From: Nitrososphaera viennensis EN76
GTDB lineage: Archaea > Thermoproteota > Nitrososphaeria > Nitrososphaerales > Nitrososphaeraceae
Reading direction: 5' to 3'
Assembly (NCBI RefSeq): GCF_000698785.1
Contig: NZ_CP007536.1
Location: 2,310,001 to 2,342,000 of the forward strand
DNA length: 32,000 nucleotides
Below, in pieces: positions 1 through 7,689 of the stretch. A program made the position numbers and the translations under genes. The first letter of the stretch is position 1, and each line of letters opens with the position of its first letter. Below the pieces are notes generated by a model, which saw only the letters and a program-made list of their open reading frames with translations, did not search any database and was not told the DNA's origin.

Positions 1-48
1 TTTCTTCTTTCCACCGGCCCATGACTCTGCCTCCAGCCCCTGTGTGTG

Positions 49-732
49 CTATGTCAGCCTGACGCCGGGGTTCTTCATCTTGTTGCGCTTTGCCGCATTG
101 AGGAGCATCGGGGTGAGCACCTCTGCCTGGTACGTGAGCGAAAGCGGGCCCAGGTACACTGGGCGCAGGCCAGTCACTTCAGACGCAAGCTCGCTCAGTT
201 TTGCGACAACGTCCGGGTCGTCGCCGCAGACAAACGTGTCTGAGTCAAGGCTGAGATTGACGTTCTTTAGCTTCATTTCAGATATGGTGTGAAAAGCAGA
301 CACCACGCGGGACCTTGGGGCCATCTTGTCTGCAACCCACTCCCCGGCGGTCTTTTTGCCCTGCTCCAGCAGCGGGATGTAGACAAAGCCGCTGTCAGTC
401 CTTGTCATCGGGACGATGGGGGAGACTATTATGCAGTCGGGCCTCACCTGCGGGGCGAGCTTGCTGCACGTGTCCTCGATAAACTCGTAAGGTATCGACA
501 GTATGAGCACGTCGCTGTCCTTTGCAAGCGAAATGTTGTCGTCGCCGGTGATGCTTCCGGCGATGACAGCGTTTGGCCCGTACGCCTGCCTGGCCGCGTT
601 CATATAGTTTGCAGCCGCCTCCTTGGCCTTCTGGGCCTCCCTGGAGCCCACGATGACGTCGTGCCTGACGCACCACCTCATGGCAAATCCCTCGCCCATG
701 CCGCCGGTGCCCCCTACGATTCCAATCTTCAT
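49..732 (-). CDS. npdG: NADPH-dependent F420 reductase (F420H2:NADP+ oxidoreductase, FNO/NpdG family)
   Basis: N-terminal Rossmann motif MKIGIVGGTGGMGEG. The protein is colinear with archaeal FNO (VSPIVP, VCGDD, GLRPVYLGPL). ATG at 732 lies about 29 nt from an AT-rich box (756-766), so it is preferred over the upstream GTG at 744 used in the ORF track. Confidence 0.85.
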   Translation of the reverse strand: MKIGIVGGTGGMGEGFAMRWCVRHDVIVGSREAQKAKEAAANYMNAARQAYGPNAVIAGSITGDDNISLAKDSDVLILSIPYEFIEDTCSKLAPQVRPDCIIVSPIVPMTRTDSGFVYIPLLEQGKKTAGEWVADKMAPRSRVVSAFHTISEMKLKNVNLSLDSDTFVCGDDPDVVAKLSELASEVTGLRPVYLGPLSLTYQAEVLTPMLLNAAKRNKMKNPGVRLT

Positions 733-913
733 GGCGACTTTCACGGAAGCTTGCGATATTAACTTTGGGATTTGGCTGCTCCGGTGCAGAGCAAAAAAAA
801 ATTGCGCGCGCTAGTGTGTGTATGTATAAAAGAAGAGGCAACGGGAATCGCCAGATTCTCTTGCAAACGCGCGCATGAAACAATAATTAACGGCTTTTGA
901 CTGCACAGAATTC

Positions 914-1537
914 GTGCCACTTGTCATCTTTATGCGCCACGGGCAGGCCGACAACAACGTCAACCGTATACTCGTGGGCAGGCACATAGAGTCCCACCTG
1001 ACGGAGCAGGGCAGAAAGCAGGTCGAATACGCGGCAAAGGACCTGAAAAGCGTCCAGATAGACAGGGTGGTGGTATCGCCGGTCATCCGCGCAGTCGAGA
1101 CGGCGGAAATAGTCTGCAAGGAGGTGGGCGCAAGCTACGAAATAGACGAGCGGCTGTACGAGATAGAGCTGGGCAAGCTGGTGGGCATGAACTTTGACGA
1201 AGTGGTGAGCAAGTACGGCAACCTGTTCCTGAAATTCTACGACGAGCACGACCCCGCGCTTGAAAGCTTTGGGGTCGAGTCTTTTACCTCGGTGAAAAAG
1301 CGCGTCAAGAGCCTGCTTGAAGAAGCCGCAGAAAAGCACGTTGACCGCAACATCCTGTGCGTGACGCACCTTGACCCGATAAAGGCCGCGATTTCTACCA
1401 TCCTTGATCTGAACCCGGAGGCGCTCTACCGGTGGCACATACGCAACGCGTCGATGACGATTCTCCGGCAGGACGAAAGGCAGTACTCGCTTTCCGGCGT
1501 CAACGTCATGTCGATGCACCGCTATCCGCACGAGTGA
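914..1537 (+). CDS. Histidine phosphatase family protein (phosphoglycerate mutase-like)
   Basis: GTG start. Catalytic RHG motif near the N-terminus (FMRHGQADNN) and a second conserved His in CVTHLDP. AT-rich box 882-890 lies about 28 nt upstream. Confidence 0.8.
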   Translation: MPLVIFMRHGQADNNVNRILVGRHIESHLTEQGRKQVEYAAKDLKSVQIDRVVVSPVIRAVETAEIVCKEVGASYEIDERLYEIELGKLVGMNFDEVVSKYGNLFLKFYDEHDPALESFGVESFTSVKKRVKSLLEEAAEKHVDRNILCVTHLDPIKAAISTILDLNPEALYRWHIRNASMTILRQDERQYSLSGVNVMSMHRYPHE

Positions 1538-1591
1538 TTTTCCAAAGCCTTAAATAAGATATGGAAACTTTCTGAAACCAAAGGGACGAGT

Positions 1592-1861
1592 ATGGCATCG
1601 TACAAGTTACTTTTGCTTGCGATTCCCGTGGTCGCTGTGCTGTTCATGGACTTTTCAATCGCGTTTGCACAAGAGTCAGGGCAGTATGTCTACGGCAGGA
1701 TCGAGATCTGGTCACTGTTCTACAGGCTGATGGTAATTGCCTTTGTAATCGGCGCAATTCTGATGGGTGTGATATTCTACGTAGTGTACAGGTTCCGCGA
1801 GTCGCATCCGAAGAACAGGAACTTGCCGGTTAGGTCATCAACGGAGGGTGAGCACCACTAA
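1592..1861 (+). CDS. N-terminal module of heme-copper oxidase subunit II (signal-like segment + TM helix 1), separated from the rest by an in-frame TAA
   Basis: 89 aa: hydrophobic N-terminus ending AFA, one TM helix (LMVIAFVIGAILMGVIFYVVY), then a YRFRESHPKNR loop typical of the TM1-TM2 loop of subunit II. Same frame as the next ORF; the stop at 1859-1861 is directly followed by ATG 1862. Confidence 0.6.
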   Translation: MASYKLLLLAIPVVAVLFMDFSIAFAQESGQYVYGRIEIWSLFYRLMVIAFVIGAILMGVIFYVVYRFRESHPKNRNLPVRSSTEGEHH

Positions 1862-2353
1862 ATGGGGCACGCAACAATCGAGTGGGTCTACATTGGCGTG
1901 GTGGTCGCGCTTTTGATCTATGTCGGAGCTGACGCATGGAACATCGAGCGCATACTGGATCATGCCCCGCCAGATTCAAAGATCATCAAGGTCACCGGCC
2001 AGCAGTGGCTCTGGACATTCGAGCACGAAGACGGCACGAAGGAGATCGGGCAACTGCACCTGACAAAGGGCGTTCCGTACAAGTTCGAGATCACGTCTAG
2101 GGACGTCATTCACGCGTTCAACGTGCCTGACTATACCCTGATGCTGGACGCAGTGCCAGGCAAGATAAACACGCTGTGGGTTGTTCCGGACCAGAGCGGC
2201 GAATTTCTGATCCAGTGCAGGGAGTACTGCGGGTTCTCGCACTACCAGATGCGCGCCAAGCTCTTTGTAGAAGAGCCAGCGGCTGGCGGCGACGTGTCGC
2301 AGGTGGCCTCCGACCTGACTCCAAGTGTTGGAGCCCAGGCAGTCGCAAGCTAA
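1862..2353 (+). CDS. coxB: Heme-copper oxidase subunit II (TM helix + CuA cupredoxin domain)
   Basis: GHATIEWVY + TM helix, then the CuA ligand set: DVIHAFNVP and CREYCGFSHYQM (C-x-E-x-C-x3-H-x2-M). Confidence 0.85.
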   Translation: MGHATIEWVYIGVVVALLIYVGADAWNIERILDHAPPDSKIIKVTGQQWLWTFEHEDGTKEIGQLHLTKGVPYKFEITSRDVIHAFNVPDYTLMLDAVPGKINTLWVVPDQSGEFLIQCREYCGFSHYQMRAKLFVEEPAAGGDVSQVASDLTPSVGAQAVAS

Positions 2354-2360
2354 AAACAAA

Positions 2361-2410
2361 CTTCCTCCCCACCCTCCTTTTCTCTTTTCTTTCTTCTTTT
2401 TCACTTTTTT
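2361..2410 (+). terminator. Pyrimidine (C/T)-rich tract with several oligo-T runs just after the coxB stop
   Basis: cttcctccccaccctccttttctcttttctttcttctttttcactttttt starts 8 nt after the TAA. Oligo-T runs are the known archaeal termination signal. Confidence 0.45.
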
Positions 2411-2521
2411 ACAACGCAAATTTACCCATGCCGCGCGTGCACGCACTGTGTTTGCATAAAAAACAAAATGCTTTTATTTGATATCTCTTCCAGTTACAAG
2501 CAATTTAGAGGCGAATAAGTA

Positions 2522-4045
2522 GTGGTACTAGAAGTTAAGAAACCCCGCCCGATGTGGGAGATACTATTTTCGTCCCACCACACAGATGTCGGCCTTTTGT
2601 ACATCATTCTCTCCTTCACCGCTTTTATCATCGGTGGCGCACTTGCAATCGCGATCAGGACAGAGCTGTTCCTGCCGGGAACGCAGCTCATCGCTGATTC
2701 GACCACCTTCCACAGAATCTTTACAGTGCATGGGACCAACATGCTCTTCCTGTGGCTCGTGCCGTTCGCGTCAGGCATGGGCAACTACCTGATCCCGATC
2801 ATGGTCAGGTACAAAGACATGGCATGGCCAAAGCTGAACGCAGTTGCGTTCTGGATGATCCCAGTCGGCATGGCCCTGATATGGATGGGCTTTGCGGACA
2901 CGACCTGGATGGCATATCCGCCATACTCTACAACCAAAGCGCCAGGGCCGGCCGCAGAGATGTGGATATTTGGGCTAAAGATACTCGGCATTTCGTCAAT
3001 CCTGGGCTCGATAAACTTCATAGTCACGATACTAAAGATGAAGCACCCGGACCTGCCGCTGATGAAGACGTCGCTCTTTGTCTGGGCCACCCTCGTGACA
3101 TCCTTGATGATACTTGTCGCGATTCCGACGTTTGCCGCAGCGCTAATCATGCTGTACACGGACAGGCTTGGAGTCTCCGGCTTCTTTGATCCGACTAGGG
3201 GCGGCGACCCGATAGCGTACCAGCACCTGTTCTGGTTCACGTTCCACCCGGAGGTGTACATCTTCCTCTTGCCAGCCGTGGGCATGATGTACGAGCTGAT
3301 ACCCAAGTTCTCGAGAAAGCCTATCTTTAGCTATCAGTCTGGAGTGACTGCGTTCGTTCTGCTTGGGATCGTAGGCTTTGCATCGTGGGCGCACCACATG
3401 TACTCTACAGGCATGAGCTTCACCGAAAAGACGGTGTTCATGGTAGGAACGCTTGCAGCAGTTCCTGCGTCTGCCATGCACATCTTTAACTGGATTGCCA
3501 CGATGTGGGGCGGAAGGATCAAGTTCGCATCGCCCATGAGCTTTGCCGTGGGAGGGGTCGTGCTATTCTTCTACGCGGGAGCCGGAGGCATCGTGAACAC
3601 GGCCATGCCGCTTGACTTTATCACGCACGACAGCTACTGGGTCGTAGGACACTTCCACCTGTTCGTCATGGGAATGGTCACGTTCGGCTTCATCGGATTC
3701 CTGCTCTACATGTTCCCGTTCATCACGGGCAGGATGTTCAACGAAAAGGCGGCCATGGTGTCGTTCTGGCTGTTCTTCGTGGGAGTGTCGTTGATATTCC
3801 TGACCCAGCACGTGCTGGGCCTGTACGGGCAGCCAAGGCGTGTCTATGACTATGTCCCTGTCCAGCCGCTCATCATACTGAACCAGATATCGTCCGTAGG
3901 AGCATGGATAACCGCAACAGGCGCGGCCCTCCTGACAGGCCTCCTGATACACGGATCGATGAAGGGCAGGTATGCAGACACGAAGGACCCGTTCCAGCTC
4001 GGCGAGACCTACTTCCCAATCGCCGCAAAGGAACCGCACCACTAG
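2522..4045 (+). CDS. coxA: Heme-copper oxidase subunit I (A-type signature)
   Basis: 507 aa, polytopic. Carries HLFWFTFHPEVYIFLLP (helix VI HPEVY with Glu and the cross-linked Tyr), WAHHMY (CuB His pair) and VVGHFHLFVMG (heme His pair). GTG start with GAGG 11 nt upstream; alternative ATG at 2552. Confidence 0.95.
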   Translation: MVLEVKKPRPMWEILFSSHHTDVGLLYIILSFTAFIIGGALAIAIRTELFLPGTQLIADSTTFHRIFTVHGTNMLFLWLVPFASGMGNYLIPIMVRYKDMAWPKLNAVAFWMIPVGMALIWMGFADTTWMAYPPYSTTKAPGPAAEMWIFGLKILGISSILGSINFIVTILKMKHPDLPLMKTSLFVWATLVTSLMILVAIPTFAAALIMLYTDRLGVSGFFDPTRGGDPIAYQHLFWFTFHPEVYIFLLPAVGMMYELIPKFSRKPIFSYQSGVTAFVLLGIVGFASWAHHMYSTGMSFTEKTVFMVGTLAAVPASAMHIFNWIATMWGGRIKFASPMSFAVGGVVLFFYAGAGGIVNTAMPLDFITHDSYWVVGHFHLFVMGMVTFGFIGFLLYMFPFITGRMFNEKAAMVSFWLFFVGVSLIFLTQHVLGLYGQPRRVYDYVPVQPLIILNQISSVGAWITATGAALLTGLLIHGSMKGRYADTKDPFQLGETYFPIAAKEPHH

Positions 4046-4058
4046 TAGCAGGTGATAT

Positions 4059-4913
4059 GTGCAGATGAGCCACGAACATGAACACGACTCGGAACCAGTG
4101 CTGAGGACAACCCCTGCACGCATGGCAAGGGGGATTGCAATCGTAGGCATTACCCTTGCTATTGCTGGCGGCCTATTGCTGTACCTGTTTGACGACATGA
4201 TCGCAAACCCGCCTCCTGTGGCGCTGATGACAAAACCGACTCCTACTCCGCCACCCCCGACTGCCGCCGGCGTGACTGAGATAACAATACTGTCAGGCTC
4301 GTCGGTGCAGGGTGCGCCGGACTATGACCCTGACGCTGCAGAGGTTCCACTTGGCAACAAGGTGGTGTGGAACAACGCGGACAACGCCATACACACCGCG
4401 ACTTCTGGCACTGGAGCCTCAGATCCTAACAGTGGCAAGGCCTTTGACACCGGCCTGATAGACCCTGGAGCAAAATCCAAAGAGATTGATATTTCGGGAG
4501 CCAAGGTCGGCGACTCGTTTGACTACCACTGCCAATTGCACCCGTACATGACGGGCAAGATCACGATCGTAGAGGCTGCGGCAGGCGGCGGCGCCTCTGG
4601 AGGCGGAGCTGCGGCCGGCCCGACAATCCACATACCCGCTGGAGCGCAAAATCAGGGACAACCGTCCTATGACCCCGACTCGATAGATGTCAAAAAGGGT
4701 GACAAGCTGACAGTTGTCAACGACGACTCTGCAATACACACCGCGACTTCTGGCACTGGGGCCTCAGATCCTAACAGTGGCAAGGCCTTTGACACCAGCC
4801 TCATCGAGCCGGGAGCGACAGCCACCATCGACACGTCGGCTATTGAAGCGGGCGCTCACGACTACTACTGCATAGTCCATCCGTTCATGACGGGCAAGTT
4901 GAACGTGACCTGA
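4059..4913 (+). CDS. Membrane-anchored blue copper protein with two tandem plastocyanin-like (type 1 Cu) domains
   Basis: N-terminal TM helix (IAIVGITLAIAGGLLLYLF) and a Pro/Thr linker. Two cupredoxin domains each carry a ligand His (IHTATSG) and C-x2-H-x2-M (YHCQLHPYM; YYCIVHPFM). Start GTG 4059 or ATG 4065. Confidence 0.85.
   Translation: MQMSHEHEHDSEPVLRTTPARMARGIAIVGITLAIAGGLLLYLFDDMIANPPPVALMTKPTPTPPPPTAAGVTEITILSGSSVQGAPDYDPDAAEVPLGNKVVWNNADNAIHTATSGTGASDPNSGKAFDTGLIDPGAKSKEIDISGAKVGDSFDYHCQLHPYMTGKITIVEAAAGGGASGGGAAAGPTIHIPAGAQNQGQPSYDPDSIDVKKGDKLTVVNDDSAIHTATSGTGASDPNSGKAFDTSLIEPGATATIDTSAIEAGAHDYYCIVHPFMTGKLNVT
4389..4451 (+). repeat. Copy 1 of a 63-nt intragenic repeat (cupredoxin domain 1)
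   Basis: atacacaccgcgacttctggcactggAgcctcagatcctaacagtggcaaggcctttgacacc. 62/63 identical to 4734..4796; flanking codons of the two domains are diverged. Confidence 0.9.
4734..4796 (+). repeat. Copy 2 of a 63-nt intragenic repeat (cupredoxin domain 2)
   Basis: Same 63-mer with a single A>G difference, offset 345 nt (115 codons) from copy 1. Confidence 0.9.
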
Positions 4914-4914
4914 T

Positions 4915-5394
4915 GTGACTCTGCTGCCGGCGCTGTCGTTTGGGACGCTTGCCGTCCTCTTTTCTCTTATTTTCATAGGCGGCTATGTCAGCGCAACTGG
5001 AGTCGGCCTGAGTTGCCCCGACTGGCCGCTCTGCCCGCAGGGATTCGTGCCCGCATACGACTTTTACGTCGAGTACATCCACAGGACGGTCGCGGCTACC
5101 ACCGGCGCCCTCGTAGTCATCACGATGGCTTTTGTGCTCAGGTCAAAGCAGGCGCCAAAAGGGATGAAGATTGCGTCGATAATAGCGGCAGGCGCTGTGA
5201 TAGGCCAGATAACGCTTGGCGCAATAGTAATAGTAGAGCGGCTCCACTCGATACTCGTCACGGCCCACCTTGCGCTTGGGCTTGTGCTGTTCTCCATGGT
5301 CCTGATGACGACGGTCTATGCCTGGAAGATAAAGGCGCAGGACAAGGCCCTGGAAGAGGCGAGCAAGCAACAACAACCTCCTGCTTCCTCCTAG
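4915..5394 (+). CDS. ctaA: Compact (about 4-TM) heme A synthase, CtaA/Cox15 family
   Basis: 159 aa. Carries GVGLSCPDWPLCPQG (the paired-Cys loop of CtaA) and conserved His in YIHRTVA and VTAHLALG. GTG start 1 nt after the cupredoxin stop, which suggests translational coupling. Confidence 0.75.
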   Translation: MTLLPALSFGTLAVLFSLIFIGGYVSATGVGLSCPDWPLCPQGFVPAYDFYVEYIHRTVAATTGALVVITMAFVLRSKQAPKGMKIASIIAAGAVIGQITLGAIVIVERLHSILVTAHLALGLVLFSMVLMTTVYAWKIKAQDKALEEASKQQQPPASS

Positions 5395-5443
5395 CGCGCA
5401 TACACACAATGGTTTATACGGGAAAAGGTAGATTTGATTTTTG

Positions 5444-6517
5444 ATGCGCACGTACGCCCTCGCACTTGCGGTGGCTGCGGCAGTGATGATGCTTTTTGCC
5501 GCCATGTCGTCGCAAGCGACGCAAAAAGCGTATGCCCACTTTGAGCATTTTGGGCACTATAACGCCAAGGGCGACGGGGTAGGTCCCTATTACGCGTACG
5601 AGCAGCTGGACCCGGATTACGCCAAGCCGGGCGAGCCTGCTGCCATCCAGTTCAGCGTGCAGGACCTGGACGGCCGGGACACCAAGGACATCGTCGCCAT
5701 GGTCGAGGTCTATTCCGGGGCGACCGGCGAACGGCTCGCTGCGTTTCCGTGGACCAAGCAGGACACGGGCGACTTTCAGGTCTTTTACACTTTTCCTGAT
5801 CTCGGCTATTACCAGATAGTGCTGTCAGTGGCAACCGGCCCGATCAGCAACCTCAACGGGGTCGACCCGCCAAGGGCCACCCTCTCCAGCACTTCTGGCT
5901 GCAACTGCGACAGGGCGGTCTTTAACGCGGCCATCTCGAACAACTTTGGCGAGATATGGAACGCCGCCCTGCTCGCGTCCGTCCTGTTCCCCCTCGCCAT
6001 AATAGGGGCTGTCCTTGGCCTCGTCTACAGGCGCAAGAGGAAGCAGCTCCATGCCAACTCGTCGGAAGAGTTTGTGAAGTGGGGCATCCTGCTCCTTGCC
6101 ATAGCCGGCGGCCTCGTGCACTTTGCCATCTACTCGGAGCACGCCTCGCTCCGGCTGGAATACAGCATATTTCTGATAGTCGCCGGCGCCATGCAGGTCT
6201 CGTACGGCCTGATGTACATACTCATCACCATGGTCGGCGCAGAAGAGTCCAGGGCAAGCCCGCGCCAGTACTACAGAAAGACGGTTGCGGCAAACCTCTT
6301 TGGGCTGCTTGGGACCGGCGTGCTCCTCGGGCTGTACACCTATGCGGTCATCTTCCCGCCGCCGCTGTCGCCAAACAACGTGCCCGAAGACGTCGACCTT
6401 GCAGGCATACTTGCAAAATCCGCGGAAGCGATACTGGTGGTGGGCATACTCTACCTCATGCGGATTGAAAAGCGCAGGCTTGCAGGCTACCTTGCCGAGA
6501 CACCCAGTAAAACATAA
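5444..6517 (+). CDS. Hypothetical membrane protein: signal peptide, extracytoplasmic beta-rich domain with His-rich mature N-terminus, about 5 C-terminal TM helices
   Basis: Signal-like N-terminus ending AYA, followed by HFEHFGHY. A beta-sandwich-like stretch (AAIQFSVQDLDG..VAMVEVYS..FQVFYTFPDLGYYQIVLSV) and an SGCNCD motif, then hydrophobic helices. TATA-like tttatac (5413-5419) lies 28 nt before ATG 5444. Confidence 0.7.
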   Translation: MRTYALALAVAAAVMMLFAAMSSQATQKAYAHFEHFGHYNAKGDGVGPYYAYEQLDPDYAKPGEPAAIQFSVQDLDGRDTKDIVAMVEVYSGATGERLAAFPWTKQDTGDFQVFYTFPDLGYYQIVLSVATGPISNLNGVDPPRATLSSTSGCNCDRAVFNAAISNNFGEIWNAALLASVLFPLAIIGAVLGLVYRRKRKQLHANSSEEFVKWGILLLAIAGGLVHFAIYSEHASLRLEYSIFLIVAGAMQVSYGLMYILITMVGAEESRASPRQYYRKTVAANLFGLLGTGVLLGLYTYAVIFPPPLSPNNVPEDVDLAGILAKSAEAILVVGILYLMRIEKRRLAGYLAETPSKT

Positions 6518-6546
6518 AACCCCTATGACTTGACATAACCACTCAT

Positions 6547-7497
6547 ATGTGGAAAGTAATGATGCCGAGGAAAATAGCCTTCGGCGAGAACGCTGCAAAA
6601 GAATTCCAGTATCCCAAGAACTCCCTTGTGATAACCACCACGACGCCCGACATTTACAACAAGTGGCTCGACTACATGGGAATCAAGAACTACGAGGTGT
6701 ACGACAAGGTGACGCCGGACCCGTCGATTGAGGCGATAGAGGCCATCAAGAAGCAGTACGAGGGCAGGGAGATCGGCGCCTACATCGGCCTTGGCGGCGG
6801 AAGCTCGATGGATGTCTGCAAGTACCTATCAAAACTGACAGGCATCCCCAAGATCCTTATTCCGACGACGTTTGGTACGGGCGCGGAGATGACCACGTAC
6901 GCGGTTATCAGCTTTGAGCACAAGAAAAAGCTCCTGCAGGACGAGGCGTTTTTGGCAGACGCGGCAATAGTGGACCCGTACTTTTTGCCCGGCACTCCGT
7001 TTAACATCCTGCGCAACTCTGCGTGCGACGCGGCTGCCCAGGCGTCTGAAGGCTATGACAGCAAGGCCGGAAACCCGTTCACGCAGTTCTTTTGCAGGGA
7101 GGCCTTTGACATCCTCTACGACGCGATAATGAACGACAAGCACCACCTGCTCCCGTACGGCGCCATGCTCTCCGGCATCGGCTTTGGCAACTCGTCAACA
7201 ACGCTTGGGCACGCACTCTCGTACGTCTTTTCCAATGAAGGCGTGCCGCACGGCTATGCGCTCTCCTCGTGCACCACGGTTGCGCACAAGTTCAACAACT
7301 CGCCGTACTACAAGCGCTTCAAGGAGATAGCGCAAAAGTTCAAGTTCGAGCCATTGAAATTGAAGCAGCCGCTTGACGCGGCAGCCGACGTCATCATGCC
7401 TGACAGGGGCCACCTGGACAACAACCCTATTCCTGTCAGCAAGCAGGACGTCATCAAGTGCCTTGACGAGATAGTGAATACGAACCCGCTGGCCTAG
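6547..7497 (+). CDS. Iron-containing alcohol dehydrogenase family protein (short form)
   Basis: GLGGGSSMDVCK nucleotide-binding motif. Metal-ligand region GHALSYVF..GVPHGYAL. 316 aa. Confidence 0.8.
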   Translation: MWKVMMPRKIAFGENAAKEFQYPKNSLVITTTTPDIYNKWLDYMGIKNYEVYDKVTPDPSIEAIEAIKKQYEGREIGAYIGLGGGSSMDVCKYLSKLTGIPKILIPTTFGTGAEMTTYAVISFEHKKKLLQDEAFLADAAIVDPYFLPGTPFNILRNSACDAAAQASEGYDSKAGNPFTQFFCREAFDILYDAIMNDKHHLLPYGAMLSGIGFGNSSTTLGHALSYVFSNEGVPHGYALSSCTTVAHKFNNSPYYKRFKEIAQKFKFEPLKLKQPLDAAADVIMPDRGHLDNNPIPVSKQDVIKCLDEIVNTNPLA

Positions 7498-7656
7498 GCT
7501 GCGGGGACTTGCTCCTTTTCTAGGTACGCAATTCGGAGGGGAGGGGGGCGTGCTTCCAGTGGAACTTTCATTTTTCCATTAATTCTTTTATGTATGCCGG
7601 CAGCGGTCGCGAGTTTCCAGATCGCCGTCGCGTACGTGTTCCGCATAGCCCAAAAC

Positions 7657-7665
7657 CTTTAAATT
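7657..7665 (+). promoter_or_regulatory. TATA-like box for the SRPBCC gene
   Basis: ctttaaatt is centred about 29 nt upstream of ATG 7690, the spacing expected for a leaderless archaeal mRNA. Confidence 0.4.
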
Positions 7666-7689
7666 CAGAATGCCAGAGTTCCTTTCCTA

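Noticed and set aside
887-4198. Other long antisense ORFs (887..1531, 1976..2446, 2785..3306, 3563..4198 on the minus strand, and same-strand alternate-frame ORFs inside coxA)
   Set aside because: Each overlaps a gene with strong family signatures, and their translations are Arg/His/Val-rich without structure. They are shadow ORFs.
5825-6598. 257-aa minus-strand ORF
   Set aside because: It is antisense to the 5444..6517 membrane gene. It is Arg/Gly-rich, with no hydrophobic or catalytic pattern. The sense frame gives coherent TM helices.
7535-7548. G-rich run ggaggggagggggg (possible G-quadruplex) in the ADH-SRPBCC spacer
   Set aside because: It is a single short tract with ambiguous fourth G-run and no supporting context. 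It is likely compositional.
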